A stretch of 64,000 nt of DNA. Source: Acidobacteriota bacterium (GTDB lineage Bacteria > Acidobacteriota > UBA6911). The stretch covers positions 5,792,001-5,856,000 of the forward strand of contig OY761556.1 in NCBI GenBank assembly GCA_963664705.1. Direction: 5' to 3'. The notes under the pieces are model-generated. The model saw only the letters and a program-made list of their open reading frames with translations. It made no database searches and had not been told where the DNA came from. This document shows, in pieces, positions 47,906-58,581 of this stretch (the first letter of the stretch is position 1; the number at the start of each line of letters is the position of its first letter). A program made the position numbers and the translations under genes.

Positions 47906-50137
47906 ATGAATAGATGCAGACTCATTACATTGTCGATCATGCTTTATCTCCTGAGCGGTGCTTGTTTCAACCTAACCCTGGCCGCAGGAGATCCCGAAGT
48001 TGCCATCCGGCACACCTCCGGCAAGATTCAAATCGATGGGGTTTTAAATGATGCGGCTTGGCAGGAAGAGCCAAGTCTCACCACTCTGGTGCAGGTTGAG
48101 CCGCATCAGGGGGAACCCTCATCGGAACCCACCCTGGTCTGGCTTGCCTATTCCCGTAATTCGTTATACATCGCGGTGCGCTGCGAAGATCGCGATCCTC
48201 GGAAAATCGTTGCCACTGAAATGCAGCGAGACGCGGATGTAACCAACAACGATAATATTGAATTCATCCTCGACACATACCACGACAATCGAAATGCCTA
48301 CTATTTCGCGACCAATGCGGTAGGGGCTTTGGTGGACGGCCGGGTGACTGAAAATCAGAACCCGGCATTGGAGTGGGATGGGATCTGGAACGTCCGCACA
48401 CATATCGATGATCACGGCTGGTCCGCTGAGTTCGAGATTCCCTTTAAGACGATTGGCTTCAATCCGGGGATATCGAGATGGGGTTTTAATATTTCCCGAT
48501 ATCTTGCGCGAGGCAGAGAAACCTCAAGGTGGGCATCTCCTTCTCTCGACGTCAAACTCTTTCACGTCAGTCAATCCGGACACATCGTTGGGATTGAGGA
48601 CCCGTCTCAAGGCGTGGGCCTCGATATCAAGCCTTATGGATTAATGGGCGTCAGCCGGGATGTCACGCGCCGCGATGTTGTCCGCGCCGATCCGAATGCC
48701 GGAGCGGACATTTTTTATAGAATAACTTCCAATATTGTCTCCAGCACGACAATCAACACCGATTTTGCCGAGACGGAAGCCGACACTCGGCAGGTCAATT
48801 TGACAAGGTTCAAACTGTTTTATCCCGAAAAGCGATCCTTCTTTCTGGAGGACGCCGGAATATTTGAATTTGCTGCGATACCGTTCTATGGGCCGCCCGA
48901 TCTTTATACCGGCGGAGACCTGCTGCCGTTCTTCTCCCGTCGCATAGGATTGGCTGGAGACAACGAAATCCCTCTTCGTGTTGGGGAAAAGCTGACGGGC
49001 AAAGTAGGCAGATTCGACATAGGCTTGCTGGATGTGCAGACTGGCCGGCTTGACGAAGCTGAAACGCCCGGCAGGCCGGCTTTGCACGTAGCCAGCAGAA
49101 ATCTGGCCGTTGGGCGTGTGAAGGCGAATTTTCTCAGTCAGTCGTATGTCGGGGCCATTTTCACCAACGGCGACGCGACCGGGGAGGTCAGCAATCAACT
49201 GGCTGGACTGGACCTGAAACTGGCTACGTCAAATTTTCTAAACCATAGAAAAAACCTGAGCCTGATGCTGTTTGGATCAAGGAGCCGCACAACCGGACTT
49301 ACAAACAAGGATAGCTCCTACGGCGGCGTTATTTCTTACCCCAATGATTTCGTCAAACTTCACTATAAGTGGCTCAAGATCGAGGAGAACTACGATGCTT
49401 CTCTTGGTTTTGTCCCGCGCAGCGGAGTTCGGATATCTTCTGTCAATGCTGAAGTCAGTCCTCGGCCAAAATTCGGGAATATTCGACAAATTTCCTTTGA
49501 ATTCGGATATGAGGATTACTTCAAACTTAATCAGGGCACCTGGGAAACGAAACGGGGTCATATCAATCCGTTTCGCTTCCAGTTCAATACTGGAGATTTT
49601 GTCGGGTATGAGTGGCGGTGGGAAAAGGAGCAGCTCTTTGAACCCTGGCCCATCAGCCCCGCGAATGGGATTGTCCTACCGACGGGCCAATACAGCTTCA
49701 ACTCCCATAATTTCTTTTTGAAAACTTCGGAAAGCAGGCAATTCTCGCTCCGGAATCACTTCACCACCGGATCATTTTACTCTGGAACCATTCGAGGGAA
49801 TGAGAGCGAGTTCGTATGGAGAAAGAGCCGCCACCTGACCGCATCACTGACATGGTCGCAAAACTATATTCATTTGAAAGAAGGAGACTTCAATACCCAG
49901 CTTGTCATCGGCCGCATGGATTACTCCTTTACTCCATTCATCATGCTGTCAAACTTCGTACAGTATGACACGGATTCGCGGAATGTCGGTTTGCAGAGCC
50001 GGTTGCGTTGGATCCTGACGCCCGGAAACGAGTTCTTTGTGGTATTCAACCACAACTGGCAGGAGAATGAGCGGGACCGCTATGAATCCGCTCTCACTCG
50101 GTTCCGAGTGAAGCTGAATTATGCATTTCGATTCTGA
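47906..50137 (+). CDS. Outer-membrane protein with CBM9-like N-terminal domain and DUF5916-like barrel
   Basis: IQIDGVLNDAAW, LDTYHD, GWSAEFEIPF, NTDFAETEAD..VNLTRF..FYPEKRSFFLE, FFSRRIG; C-terminal YAFRF. Confidence 0.85.
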   Translation: MNRCRLITLSIMLYLLSGACFNLTLAAGDPEVAIRHTSGKIQIDGVLNDAAWQEEPSLTTLVQVEPHQGEPSSEPTLVWLAYSRNSLYIAVRCEDRDPRKIVATEMQRDADVTNNDNIEFILDTYHDNRNAYYFATNAVGALVDGRVTENQNPALEWDGIWNVRTHIDDHGWSAEFEIPFKTIGFNPGISRWGFNISRYLARGRETSRWASPSLDVKLFHVSQSGHIVGIEDPSQGVGLDIKPYGLMGVSRDVTRRDVVRADPNAGADIFYRITSNIVSSTTINTDFAETEADTRQVNLTRFKLFYPEKRSFFLEDAGIFEFAAIPFYGPPDLYTGGDLLPFFSRRIGLAGDNEIPLRVGEKLTGKVGRFDIGLLDVQTGRLDEAETPGRPALHVASRNLAVGRVKANFLSQSYVGAIFTNGDATGEVSNQLAGLDLKLATSNFLNHRKNLSLMLFGSRSRTTGLTNKDSSYGGVISYPNDFVKLHYKWLKIEENYDASLGFVPRSGVRISSVNAEVSPRPKFGNIRQISFEFGYEDYFKLNQGTWETKRGHINPFRFQFNTGDFVGYEWRWEKEQLFEPWPISPANGIVLPTGQYSFNSHNFFLKTSESRQFSLRNHFTTGSFYSGTIRGNESEFVWRKSRHLTASLTWSQNYIHLKEGDFNTQLVIGRMDYSFTPFIMLSNFVQYDTDSRNVGLQSRLRWILTPGNEFFVVFNHNWQENERDRYESALTRFRVKLNYAFRF

Positions 50138-50369
50138 ACCTTTTCTGGCCTTTTCCGGCTAATCTGAAAACGGACTGAACGTATATCCAACGATTTGGCC
50201 GTCTAACCTAAATCCGTCTCGATCACGCCAGGTTTTGGACAGACTTATATTGAGGCGATAGTACAGTACTGCCCACCGCCTCAGCACGATCTCAAGTCAT
50301 CGGAGGCAGGGGATTCTTTGTGAGTGCGACTGCCGGGTCGCTTCTATTTCTGAAATCCAAAACACTAAC

Positions 50370-50417
50370 TTGACACTCTCGGTTGGAACACAGTAATGTA
50401 AGTCAGCGCAAACTTAC
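50370..50417 (+). promoter_or_regulatory. Promoter and palindromic operator upstream of tetR
   Basis: TTGACA at 50370 and AGTAAT 16 bp downstream, followed immediately by the palindrome GTAAGT-N8-ACTTAC (50398-50417). Confidence 0.6.
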
Positions 50418-50434
50418 TTTATTCCGGAAATCAA

Positions 50435-51142
50435 ATGAAAACTCGTGGGACTCGATCTATTCGCAAGCAACCTGCTCCGCAAAAGAGACGTCTTAAGGCA
50501 CCAGAACGACGAATCCAGCTGCTCCGGATCGCAAAGGAATTCTTTTCAGAACACGGGTTTGAGAACACGACCGCAAAGGAAATCGCGGAAGCCGCGGGGG
50601 TGACCGAAGCAATCGTATTCAGGCACTTTGGTTCCAAACAGGAGCTTTATGCGAACATACTTGACCGCAAGGCAGAGGAAATAGGCATCGATGATTGGGG
50701 GGCCGAACTGGATCGGCTTGCGAAATCTGAAAATGATGAAGCTCTGGTCTTGTCGGTAATCAAACATATTCTGGAAGCTGACCGCCAGGACCCCCAGTTT
50801 CGAAGATTGCTGCTCCAGGCAGCATTAACGGGGCATCCGCTTCGGGAAATAACGGCTCAACGGCTTCTGCCTCTCCACAAATTTCTCTGTGCCTACATCA
50901 AAAAGAGACAGAAGCGAGGAGCCTTTCAGAAGTGCGCCCCGGAACTGGCGGCACACGCTATCGTCAGTATCCCCAGCTATTATGGGTTGGCAAAAATATT
51001 ATTTGGTATAGACATCATGAACCTTCCAGAAGAGCAAATGGCATCCGGCTTTGCGGGAATAATTCTGGATGGATTGCATGCTGTCGATGCACCTTCAGGT
51101 GAGAGCACAAAAGTGAGGCGCAGGCGCAGTGGGGGAAAGTAA
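50435..51142 (+). CDS. TetR/AcrR-family regulator
   Basis: FSEHGFENTTAKEIAEAAGVTEAIVFRHFGSKQELY HTH. Confidence 0.93.
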   Translation: MKTRGTRSIRKQPAPQKRRLKAPERRIQLLRIAKEFFSEHGFENTTAKEIAEAAGVTEAIVFRHFGSKQELYANILDRKAEEIGIDDWGAELDRLAKSENDEALVLSVIKHILEADRQDPQFRRLLLQAALTGHPLREITAQRLLPLHKFLCAYIKKRQKRGAFQKCAPELAAHAIVSIPSYYGLAKILFGIDIMNLPEEQMASGFAGIILDGLHAVDAPSGESTKVRRRRSGGK

Positions 51143-51171
51143 ACGATTACAAATGCCTTGGGAGTCCATCC

Positions 51172-52410
51172 ATGAATAAAGTCAGTCGCTTATGCTGCGT
51201 GGTCTTTGCGGGGTTGCTGTTATCCCTTGGTCTGTTCGCACAATCTCCGGGCAAAATCGAAATCGGCAAGATGAATCCGGCCGGCCTGCTGGTGGACAAA
51301 TACAGCTACATGGCACAACCCTACAGCTTCTATTACTTCCATCACATGGACCTCCTTGGCCTGCGCACCGACTGGATACAAAAGGCGAAGGAAGTATATC
51401 CATTGCGTGAGCCCGCCCGGGAGTGGGTGACGGATTATACGTTCCGTAACAGCCGCTATTCTCTGGGTGATTACTTCAAGCGGAATTATGTGACCGGTTT
51501 CCTGGTTCTTCACAAGGATCAGATATTGGTGGAAAAGTACTTTCATGATGCAGATCGACAATCGAGGTTTGTGTCACAGTCGTTATCCAAATCGATTATC
51601 TCCATCCTGGTTGGCGCTGCCGTCGAGGATGGTGCAATAAAAAGCGTCGATGATCCTGTCACAAAATATTTGCCGTTTTTATCCGAAAGCGGTTACCGCA
51701 ATGTTTCGGTGAAGAACGTGCTTCAGATGTCCACCGGCGTGGAATACAGCGAAAACTATCGGGATCCGAAATCCGGAGCCGCCTTGATCGGTGCCGCGCT
51801 GCTCACAGGCAATCCATCCTTCGAAAAGTATGTGCAATCGATTCAGCCGACCAAAATTCCTCCGGGGACCAAGTTTGAATATCAGAGCGTTAACACCCAG
51901 GTTTTGGGCCTTCTCCTCGAAAAAGTTACCGGCAAGCGGCTCAATGCATATGCCCAGGAAAAGCTGTGGAGCAAAATCGGCGCCGAGAGCGATGCATTTT
52001 TCTATGAGTCAAAGAGCCAGCCAAACACCTGCGCATTTGCCTGCTTCAACGCCACAGTACGGGATTACGCGCGGGTTGGACTGATGATGCTTCAAGGAGG
52101 CACTCTGGGTAAACAGCGTGTCGTGTCAAACAAATGGGTGCAAGATTCCACGAGACCCGATGCGCCCTATCTTGAACCGAAACAAGGCGGGCCTGAAGGC
52201 GGCTATGGATATGCATACCAGTGGTGGGTTCCCCCGGGACGTGATCGTGTGTTCATGGGATTGGGCATCTACGGACAATGCATTTACGTAAATCCCGCCC
52301 GTCAGGTTGTTATCGTACAAACGAGCGCCTGGCCGGAACCGGTTTCCCCCATTCTGGAGGAAGAGCAGAATACGTTATTTAACAGGATTGCGAGCGAAAT
52401 TGTGCCGTGA
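51172..52410 (+). CDS. Serine hydrolase, beta-lactamase class C/NylB-like
   Basis: SxxK motif SQSLSKS, FEYQSVNT, GYAYQWW, GLGIYGQ; signal peptide. Confidence 0.88.
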   Translation: MNKVSRLCCVVFAGLLLSLGLFAQSPGKIEIGKMNPAGLLVDKYSYMAQPYSFYYFHHMDLLGLRTDWIQKAKEVYPLREPAREWVTDYTFRNSRYSLGDYFKRNYVTGFLVLHKDQILVEKYFHDADRQSRFVSQSLSKSIISILVGAAVEDGAIKSVDDPVTKYLPFLSESGYRNVSVKNVLQMSTGVEYSENYRDPKSGAALIGAALLTGNPSFEKYVQSIQPTKIPPGTKFEYQSVNTQVLGLLLEKVTGKRLNAYAQEKLWSKIGAESDAFFYESKSQPNTCAFACFNATVRDYARVGLMMLQGGTLGKQRVVSNKWVQDSTRPDAPYLEPKQGGPEGGYGYAYQWWVPPGRDRVFMGLGIYGQCIYVNPARQVVIVQTSAWPEPVSPILEEEQNTLFNRIASEIVP

Positions 52411-52441
52411 GCTTCGCATTTGATGAAAGAGAAGCGATAAT

Positions 52442-54154
52442 ATGAGAAAGCAAGGGCTTACAATTTTCCTGCTTGTTATCGGTGTTTTAGGCATATCGGG
52501 ATGCAATCACCCAAAGGTTGTCCCTGCCGATATGGTGCTGATCCACGCAAAGATCTATACGGTGAATCCCAAAATGCCTTGGGCCCAGGCTATGGCGGTT
52601 CGTGAAGGGAAAATCATTGCTGTGGACTCTGACAATGCGATAAGCGCGTATCAAGGTCCTTCGACAAAGGTTATCGATGCGAAAGAGCACCTGGTGCTGC
52701 CTGGGTTCATGGATGCTCATGTCCACATCGGGGCGGGCGCTGCCATGCTTGAGCAAATCGCTTTGAATGATGCCAAGACAATCGATGATTTCCAAAAGAT
52801 GATCAAGGACTACGCCACTGCGCACCCGGATAGGAAATGGATCCAGGGCATGGGGTGGTACTACAGCGTTTTCGGCAAAAACGGCGTGCCTGACAAGAAG
52901 TTCATTGACGAAGTCGTCTCCGACCGTCCCGTTTGTCTGGCGGCGTACGACGGCCATAGTTCCCTTGCCAACAGTAAGGCTCTTCAAATTGCAGGAATCA
53001 CCCGGAAGACGCCCGATCCACCCAATGGAATTATCGTGCGCAATCCGGCAACAGGCGAACCCACCGGCTTTTTGAAAGAAGCCGCCGGCTCACTTGTCAG
53101 GAAAAATATTCCGCAGCCGACCCGCGACGAAGAACGGAAGCGGCTGACGAATGCTATCCACTATGCCAGTTCCCTGGGGCTTACCCGATTGATCAGCGCC
53201 GGTGCGGATGCGGAGCGCATTGATTTATTTGACGAGATCCGGCAAAAGGGCGACCTGACTACCCGCCTTTACATGGCACGGTTTGTCACTCCTCCGATAT
53301 CTCCGGATGTTGTTAAAGTTCTGGAGGAAAATCGAAAAAAGTATTCCGATGACTGGCTTGATCTGGCTCCTGTGAAATTCCTGCTTGACGGAGTCATAGA
53401 AGCGCATACGGCGGCTATGCTGGAACCGTATACCAACGATTCCGCCAATAGCGGACAACTCTATTTTGATCCTGGTAAATATAAGGAGGCTGTCATGCAA
53501 CTGGACCGCCTCGGATTTCAGATATTCACCCATGCCATTGGTGATCGGGCCATTCGCCTTGCGCTGGATGCGTATGAGGCTGCCAATAAGGCCAACGGCC
53601 GCACCGATGCCAGGGACAAGATCGAGCACATCGAAGATCCCAGTGCCGAGGACATTCCTCGATTCGGAAAGCTTGGCGTAATCGCCAGCATGCAGCCGTT
53701 GCATACAACTCCGAACGACAACAATTTAAATGTCTGGGCAGGGAACGTAGGTCCCGAGCGCGCTCAACGGGCATGGCCCTGGAGGGACATCCTGTCCGGC
53801 GGCGCGGTGTTGAGCTTCGGCAGTGACTGGTCGGTGGTAACGCTGAATCCCTGGCCGGCCGTACAGATGCTGATGACACGCGAGACCCCGGAGGGAACTC
53901 CGGCGGGAGGATGGATTCCTAAGGAACGTCTCACGCTGGAGGAGGCAATTCGAGGGTACACGATGGGAGTCGCCTTCGCCGCGAGGAGAGAAAAAACAGA
54001 GGGCTCTATCGAAGCCGGAAAGCTTGCGGACGTGATCGTCATATCCCAGGACCTGTTCAAAATTGCGCCGAATCAGATCGGAAAGACGAAGGTACTGATG
54101 ACAATGGTTGGAGGGAAGGCTGTTTATCAGGATTCCTCATGGGAAGGCAAATAA
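52442..54154 (+). CDS. Amidohydrolase_3 (YtcJ-like) lipoprotein
   Basis: Lipobox-like ISGC; PGFMDAHVH, DGH, HAIGDRA, IEH, FGSDW, GSIEAGKLAD. Confidence 0.9.
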   Translation: MRKQGLTIFLLVIGVLGISGCNHPKVVPADMVLIHAKIYTVNPKMPWAQAMAVREGKIIAVDSDNAISAYQGPSTKVIDAKEHLVLPGFMDAHVHIGAGAAMLEQIALNDAKTIDDFQKMIKDYATAHPDRKWIQGMGWYYSVFGKNGVPDKKFIDEVVSDRPVCLAAYDGHSSLANSKALQIAGITRKTPDPPNGIIVRNPATGEPTGFLKEAAGSLVRKNIPQPTRDEERKRLTNAIHYASSLGLTRLISAGADAERIDLFDEIRQKGDLTTRLYMARFVTPPISPDVVKVLEENRKKYSDDWLDLAPVKFLLDGVIEAHTAAMLEPYTNDSANSGQLYFDPGKYKEAVMQLDRLGFQIFTHAIGDRAIRLALDAYEAANKANGRTDARDKIEHIEDPSAEDIPRFGKLGVIASMQPLHTTPNDNNLNVWAGNVGPERAQRAWPWRDILSGGAVLSFGSDWSVVTLNPWPAVQMLMTRETPEGTPAGGWIPKERLTLEEAIRGYTMGVAFAARREKTEGSIEAGKLADVIVISQDLFKIAPNQIGKTKVLMTMVGGKAVYQDSSWEGK

Positions 54155-54209
54155 CTGTTTACGCTTCTCGCAAGCGGGAGTCAGGAAACTCCGGGATAAA
54201 GATACTCAA

Positions 54210-55748
54210 ATGAAGCAACTTCGCACTGGGATGGTAGTGGCATGGCTCGCTTTGCTCGCGGCACAATCTTCGGCGCAGATCAGTTCTGTAGAAGGGCCGG
54301 TGCCAACGGGTCCGGGCAGCAGCATTTTTATAGCAGCCGATGTGCCGGGCGCAAGGTTGTCGATTCCTCTGACGCCTTACGGCTATGTTGAAGTGGAATA
54401 TTTTATCAAAGGTACGGCTGCAGCCTACACGCATTCTCCTTCGGGACCGAATGTGTTGCGCGCCAAATTTCCTTACTCGACACGGATCATCGTGCGGAGG
54501 CCTGTCGATCCGAAGCGGTTCAGCGGTGTTGTTCATTTTGAGCCGATCCATCCAACCCAGGGGTATGTGGGGCACTGGCTGGTGCTGGATCGGTACCTGA
54601 TGTCGCGTGGCGATATCTACGTTGCCGCTGGATTGGGAGACGCCGACAAGGGATGGTCGGGGAGCCCCCATTCCTCCGGGGAAACAGCTCCGGTGGGATC
54701 GCACTCGCTGACCAAATGGTTCGATCCCCGGCGCTACAGTGCGCTCCAATGGCCCGAAGAAGAAGGCATCCGCTACGAAGTCATGGCCGATATCGGGCGG
54801 AAGTTGCGCAGCAATGATAAAGACAATCCTCTGCGAGGCCTGTCGGTCAAGGCGATGCTGGTGGGCGGATGGTCCTATACCGGAAGTATCCAGCGCGTAT
54901 TCATCAACGAAGGCTTCCATGATCGCGCACGATTGACCAATGGTCAACCGGTGTTCGATGGTTACCTTATCGGTGTTTCGTCGCAGTGGAATGACCCCGG
55001 CTATTTGCCTCTCTATAATGATGAACCTTTCGTGCCAGTTGGCGACGCGCGGAGGAATCTCAGGAAAACCGATGCGCGCGTCATCGAGTTCCTGACTGAA
55101 TCTGAAGTGGACTTGGGTACCGGGCCGCAGGCTCCGGATAGTGATGAGCGGCTTGGCGGTCATCGCCTTTATGAGCTTGGCGGTGTAATTCACGTGGCGA
55201 ACCTTGCGGATCCCGCCTTGCCTGAGCGCGAAGAACCCGCTGTGACACAACTCCTCCAGCGAGGTTATCCGGCGAAGCAGGTGCCGGACGAGCCGGTCTT
55301 TTCTTGTGCCATCGCGCAGAGCGACATTCCGGAAGGGGCGTTCGTGAGGGCAGCTGTCGATAATCTTCGCCGCTGGGTATTGGGTGGTGAGGCCCCGCCC
55401 AGAGCTGAGACACTCGCGCTAAACGGAAAGAAATTGGCGCGTGATGAAGTGGGCAATCCCAAGGGAGGTATTCGAGCTGCGGAATTTAATGTCCCGCTTG
55501 CGCGTTATGGGCGCTATCAGGGGAGTGACAAGCCGAGTTGCCGTGAAGACCGGCCTTATCCTTTTGTATTCCTGCTACGGAATGAGCTGTCTCGAGAAGA
55601 GCTTAATCGTCGTTATCAATCGCCGAGGCACTACCTCGATCTCTACAATAGTGATATCGATCGCCTCGTCAGACAGCGCTGGCTCCTGCCGGAGGATGGG
55701 CTGAGACTTAAGGCAAAGGCCGTAGAAGATGCTGCGCGGCAATTCTAA
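54210..55748 (+). CDS. Secreted alpha/beta-hydrolase-domain protein (Abhydrolase_10-like)
   Basis: YVEVEYFIKG, TRIIVRRP..RFSG, GWSYTG, RLYELGG..H, GNPKGGIR; signal peptide. Confidence 0.75.
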   Translation: MKQLRTGMVVAWLALLAAQSSAQISSVEGPVPTGPGSSIFIAADVPGARLSIPLTPYGYVEVEYFIKGTAAAYTHSPSGPNVLRAKFPYSTRIIVRRPVDPKRFSGVVHFEPIHPTQGYVGHWLVLDRYLMSRGDIYVAAGLGDADKGWSGSPHSSGETAPVGSHSLTKWFDPRRYSALQWPEEEGIRYEVMADIGRKLRSNDKDNPLRGLSVKAMLVGGWSYTGSIQRVFINEGFHDRARLTNGQPVFDGYLIGVSSQWNDPGYLPLYNDEPFVPVGDARRNLRKTDARVIEFLTESEVDLGTGPQAPDSDERLGGHRLYELGGVIHVANLADPALPEREEPAVTQLLQRGYPAKQVPDEPVFSCAIAQSDIPEGAFVRAAVDNLRRWVLGGEAPPRAETLALNGKKLARDEVGNPKGGIRAAEFNVPLARYGRYQGSDKPSCREDRPYPFVFLLRNELSREELNRRYQSPRHYLDLYNSDIDRLVRQRWLLPEDGLRLKAKAVEDAARQF

Positions 55749-55795
55749 ATCGGACGTGTCCGTCAGTGTTGCCAACATAGAAAGAGAGTGTTTTT

Positions 55796-57445
55796 ATGGC
55801 TTTTATTAAGAATTTGTTTTGTTCGGCCTTCATGGGGGGAGGATTAATCTGCGGGATGATGGCCGCTGCGCTTCCCATTGCAAACACATTCGGCGCAGAT
55901 AGGATTGCGAAAACCTCGAAGTGCGCGGCGCTGGCGGGCCTGGCAGCGCCGGGCTTCGTGATCGAAAAGGCAACAATTATACCCGCCGGACCCGCGCCGG
56001 CGGAAGATGGCAGTGGCGTAGTGGATGGTTCGGGTGCGCCGCTTCCAGAGCATTGCCTGGTTCAGGGCATGCTCAATCCCCGCACAGGCGCAGATGGGCG
56101 CAAACTCGGCCTGGGTTTTGATCTGCGCATGCCGACAAAATGGAACGGCCGGTTTGCTTTCCAGGGTGGAGGCGGACTGGATGGCAGACTTGCGCCCGCC
56201 TTAGGGGATATTTTTGGCTCAGTTCGGCCCCCGGCATTAGCGCGCGGGTTTGCCGTTGTCGGCACGGATGGGGGACATCGTGGCTCATGGCTTGATGGCT
56301 CCTTTGGACTGGACCAGCAAGCCCGTATCGATTACGCCTATAACGCACTGGACAAAGTGACACTGAAGGCCAAAGAACTAGTTGAAAAATATTACGGTGT
56401 TGCGCCGAAGTACTCTTATTTATTGGGGTGCTCAAATGGGGGACGCCAGGGATTGATCGCCTCTCAGCGTTTTCCACTCTATTTCGATGGCATCGTTGCC
56501 GGCGATCCTTCTATTAGATTCTCCAGGGTAACAACTGCCGAAATGTGGAATCTCCAGGTGGCTGCCCGCATTGCTCCAAAGGATAACAACGGGAGGCCTA
56601 TTATTTCGCGGGCATTTTCTGATGGCGATTTGCGTCTGGTAGCTGCCGCCGTCCTTAAGCGTTGCGATGCGCTGGACGGCTTGGCGGACGGCATTATCAA
56701 TGACTGGCGTGGCTGTGACTTTGATCCTGGAGTTCTAACCTGCAAAGCTGAAAAGACAGACAGCTGTCTTTCGAACGAGCAGGTGAGCGCATTGCGGGAT
56801 CTCTACGCTGGACCACGCACGAGTGATGGGAAGCCGCTTTACAGCGCATTTAACTATGACACCGGTATTGCCGATCCAATTTGGCGCGCTATGCACCTTG
56901 GGTCCTCCGGCACTGGAGAATGGGATGCTGCTGACGCGGGACTTGGATTAAGTAATATGCGCTATTATCAACTGACGCCGCCGGATCCGAACCTAGATCC
57001 TCTGAAATTTGATTTTGATCGCGATACACAACGTACTCGCAATACCGCAATGATAAGTGATGCAGACTCCACTTTCCTCGGGACTTTTGCCCATCACGGG
57101 AAAATGATCGTTTATAACGGGCTTTCCGATCAAGGCATGGCCTCCAGTGTGCTTGCCGATTGGTACGATCAGGTAGTCCGTGATAACGGTAAGTCCATTA
57201 GTGAATCTGTGCGGCTGTTCCTTATTCCTGGTATGACTCATTGCGACGGTGGTCAGGCCACAGACCAGTTCGACATGCTCGAAGCAATTATGGGCTGGGT
57301 GGAGGAAGGACGTGCGCCTGATCGAATCAAAGCGACAGGCAAAGCTTTCCCAGGTGCATCACGGCCGATTTGTCCGTACCCTCTTGTCGCGCGTTACAAG
57401 GGTGGCGACGTTAACAACGCTGACAGCTTTATGTGCACTCAATAG
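55796..57445 (+). CDS. Tannase/feruloyl esterase family hydrolase
   Basis: WNGRF..GGGG, TDGGH, GCSNGGRQG, FDGIVAG, CDALDG..DG, PGMTHCDGG, RPICPYP. Confidence 0.93.
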   Translation: MAFIKNLFCSAFMGGGLICGMMAAALPIANTFGADRIAKTSKCAALAGLAAPGFVIEKATIIPAGPAPAEDGSGVVDGSGAPLPEHCLVQGMLNPRTGADGRKLGLGFDLRMPTKWNGRFAFQGGGGLDGRLAPALGDIFGSVRPPALARGFAVVGTDGGHRGSWLDGSFGLDQQARIDYAYNALDKVTLKAKELVEKYYGVAPKYSYLLGCSNGGRQGLIASQRFPLYFDGIVAGDPSIRFSRVTTAEMWNLQVAARIAPKDNNGRPIISRAFSDGDLRLVAAAVLKRCDALDGLADGIINDWRGCDFDPGVLTCKAEKTDSCLSNEQVSALRDLYAGPRTSDGKPLYSAFNYDTGIADPIWRAMHLGSSGTGEWDAADAGLGLSNMRYYQLTPPDPNLDPLKFDFDRDTQRTRNTAMISDADSTFLGTFAHHGKMIVYNGLSDQGMASSVLADWYDQVVRDNGKSISESVRLFLIPGMTHCDGGQATDQFDMLEAIMGWVEEGRAPDRIKATGKAFPGASRPICPYPLVARYKGGDVNNADSFMCTQ

Positions 57446-57519
57446 ACGCAATTCACGCAGATAACATTCGGCAGAAATAGAAAACTGTTTAACCTATGTA
57501 ATAAAAGGGAGAAGCATTG

Positions 57520-58524
57520 ATGCGAACTAGAATTTTGGCAGTTGTATTCATTTCATTATTACTTCCCTGCCTTGCTCAGGCTCAAGTAAAGAGCAAATCC
57601 TGCGACCGCGCCTGTCTGGAGAATTATGTCGACAGATACATGGACGCAATGCTCAAGCATGATCCAAGCCTTGAGCTTCTTTCCAGGGACTGCAAATTAA
57701 CTGAAAACGGCGTGCAGCTTCCATTGGGAAATGACGGCCTGTGGTTAAACATGTCTGGAAAGGGAAACTATAAGTTTTATATTCCTGATGTTGAGACACA
57801 ACAGGTTGCTTTTCTCGGGACGGCCCGGGAGGGTGCGGCCAACAAGCAGGGTGAGGCCCCACTCGTAGCTGTCGCTATTCGATTGAAAATAGTAAACAGC
57901 CGGATTACCGAGGCGGAACAGCTTGTCCTTCGTTCCGACAGCGATACGATGGGCATGACCGGGAAACTCTCGGTGGGCGCAAGCGTTGAAAAAATGGGAA
58001 AGCCTCACGAAATTTACCGGGAAGCGATCCCGGAAGCAGAACGGTCTTCCCGCGAGGAATTGATCAAGACCGCAAATTATTACTTTTCCGGATTGCAGAA
58101 GAATGATCACGGGAAAGGTTATTATCCGTTCACGGACGACTGCCACCGCATCGAAAACGGCACGCCGGCTACCAACATTCCCGTCCCGGAAGGACAGAAA
58201 AGACCGGATCCCAAAACGTCGACTGTGTATTCCTCTCATTGGGGCTGCAAGGAACAGTTTGAGGCCGGACTTATGGGCTTTATTTCGCGGGTACGAGACC
58301 GGCGCTTTGTGGCCGTGGACCGCGAGCGCGGCATAGCATTTGCGTTCGGTTTCTTCGACCATGATAAATTGAACTGGACCTGGCAGATCGCAGAATTGTT
58401 CAGGATAGAAAAGGGCAATATTCGCAGGATTGAGGCCATCTTTCATCGATGCCCCTATGGGATGAACTCCGGCTGGAGCACCTATGAACAGGGGATGTCG
58501 GACCAGATACAGAGTATTCGATAG
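57520..58524 (+). CDS. Secreted uncharacterised protein, 'ENG' family paralogue C
   Basis: CDRACL..YMDAMLKHDP, TENG, RLKI..RITEAE, PFTDDCHRIENG, RDRRF..VD.ERG, IEA, SGW. Confidence 0.75.
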   Translation: MRTRILAVVFISLLLPCLAQAQVKSKSCDRACLENYVDRYMDAMLKHDPSLELLSRDCKLTENGVQLPLGNDGLWLNMSGKGNYKFYIPDVETQQVAFLGTAREGAANKQGEAPLVAVAIRLKIVNSRITEAEQLVLRSDSDTMGMTGKLSVGASVEKMGKPHEIYREAIPEAERSSREELIKTANYYFSGLQKNDHGKGYYPFTDDCHRIENGTPATNIPVPEGQKRPDPKTSTVYSSHWGCKEQFEAGLMGFISRVRDRRFVAVDRERGIAFAFGFFDHDKLNWTWQIAELFRIEKGNIRRIEAIFHRCPYGMNSGWSTYEQGMSDQIQSIR

Positions 58525-58581
58525 CAGCCATTAGTCGCAGTGCTGACCAAATACAAACATATCAAAGGGAGATAAGTGAAT

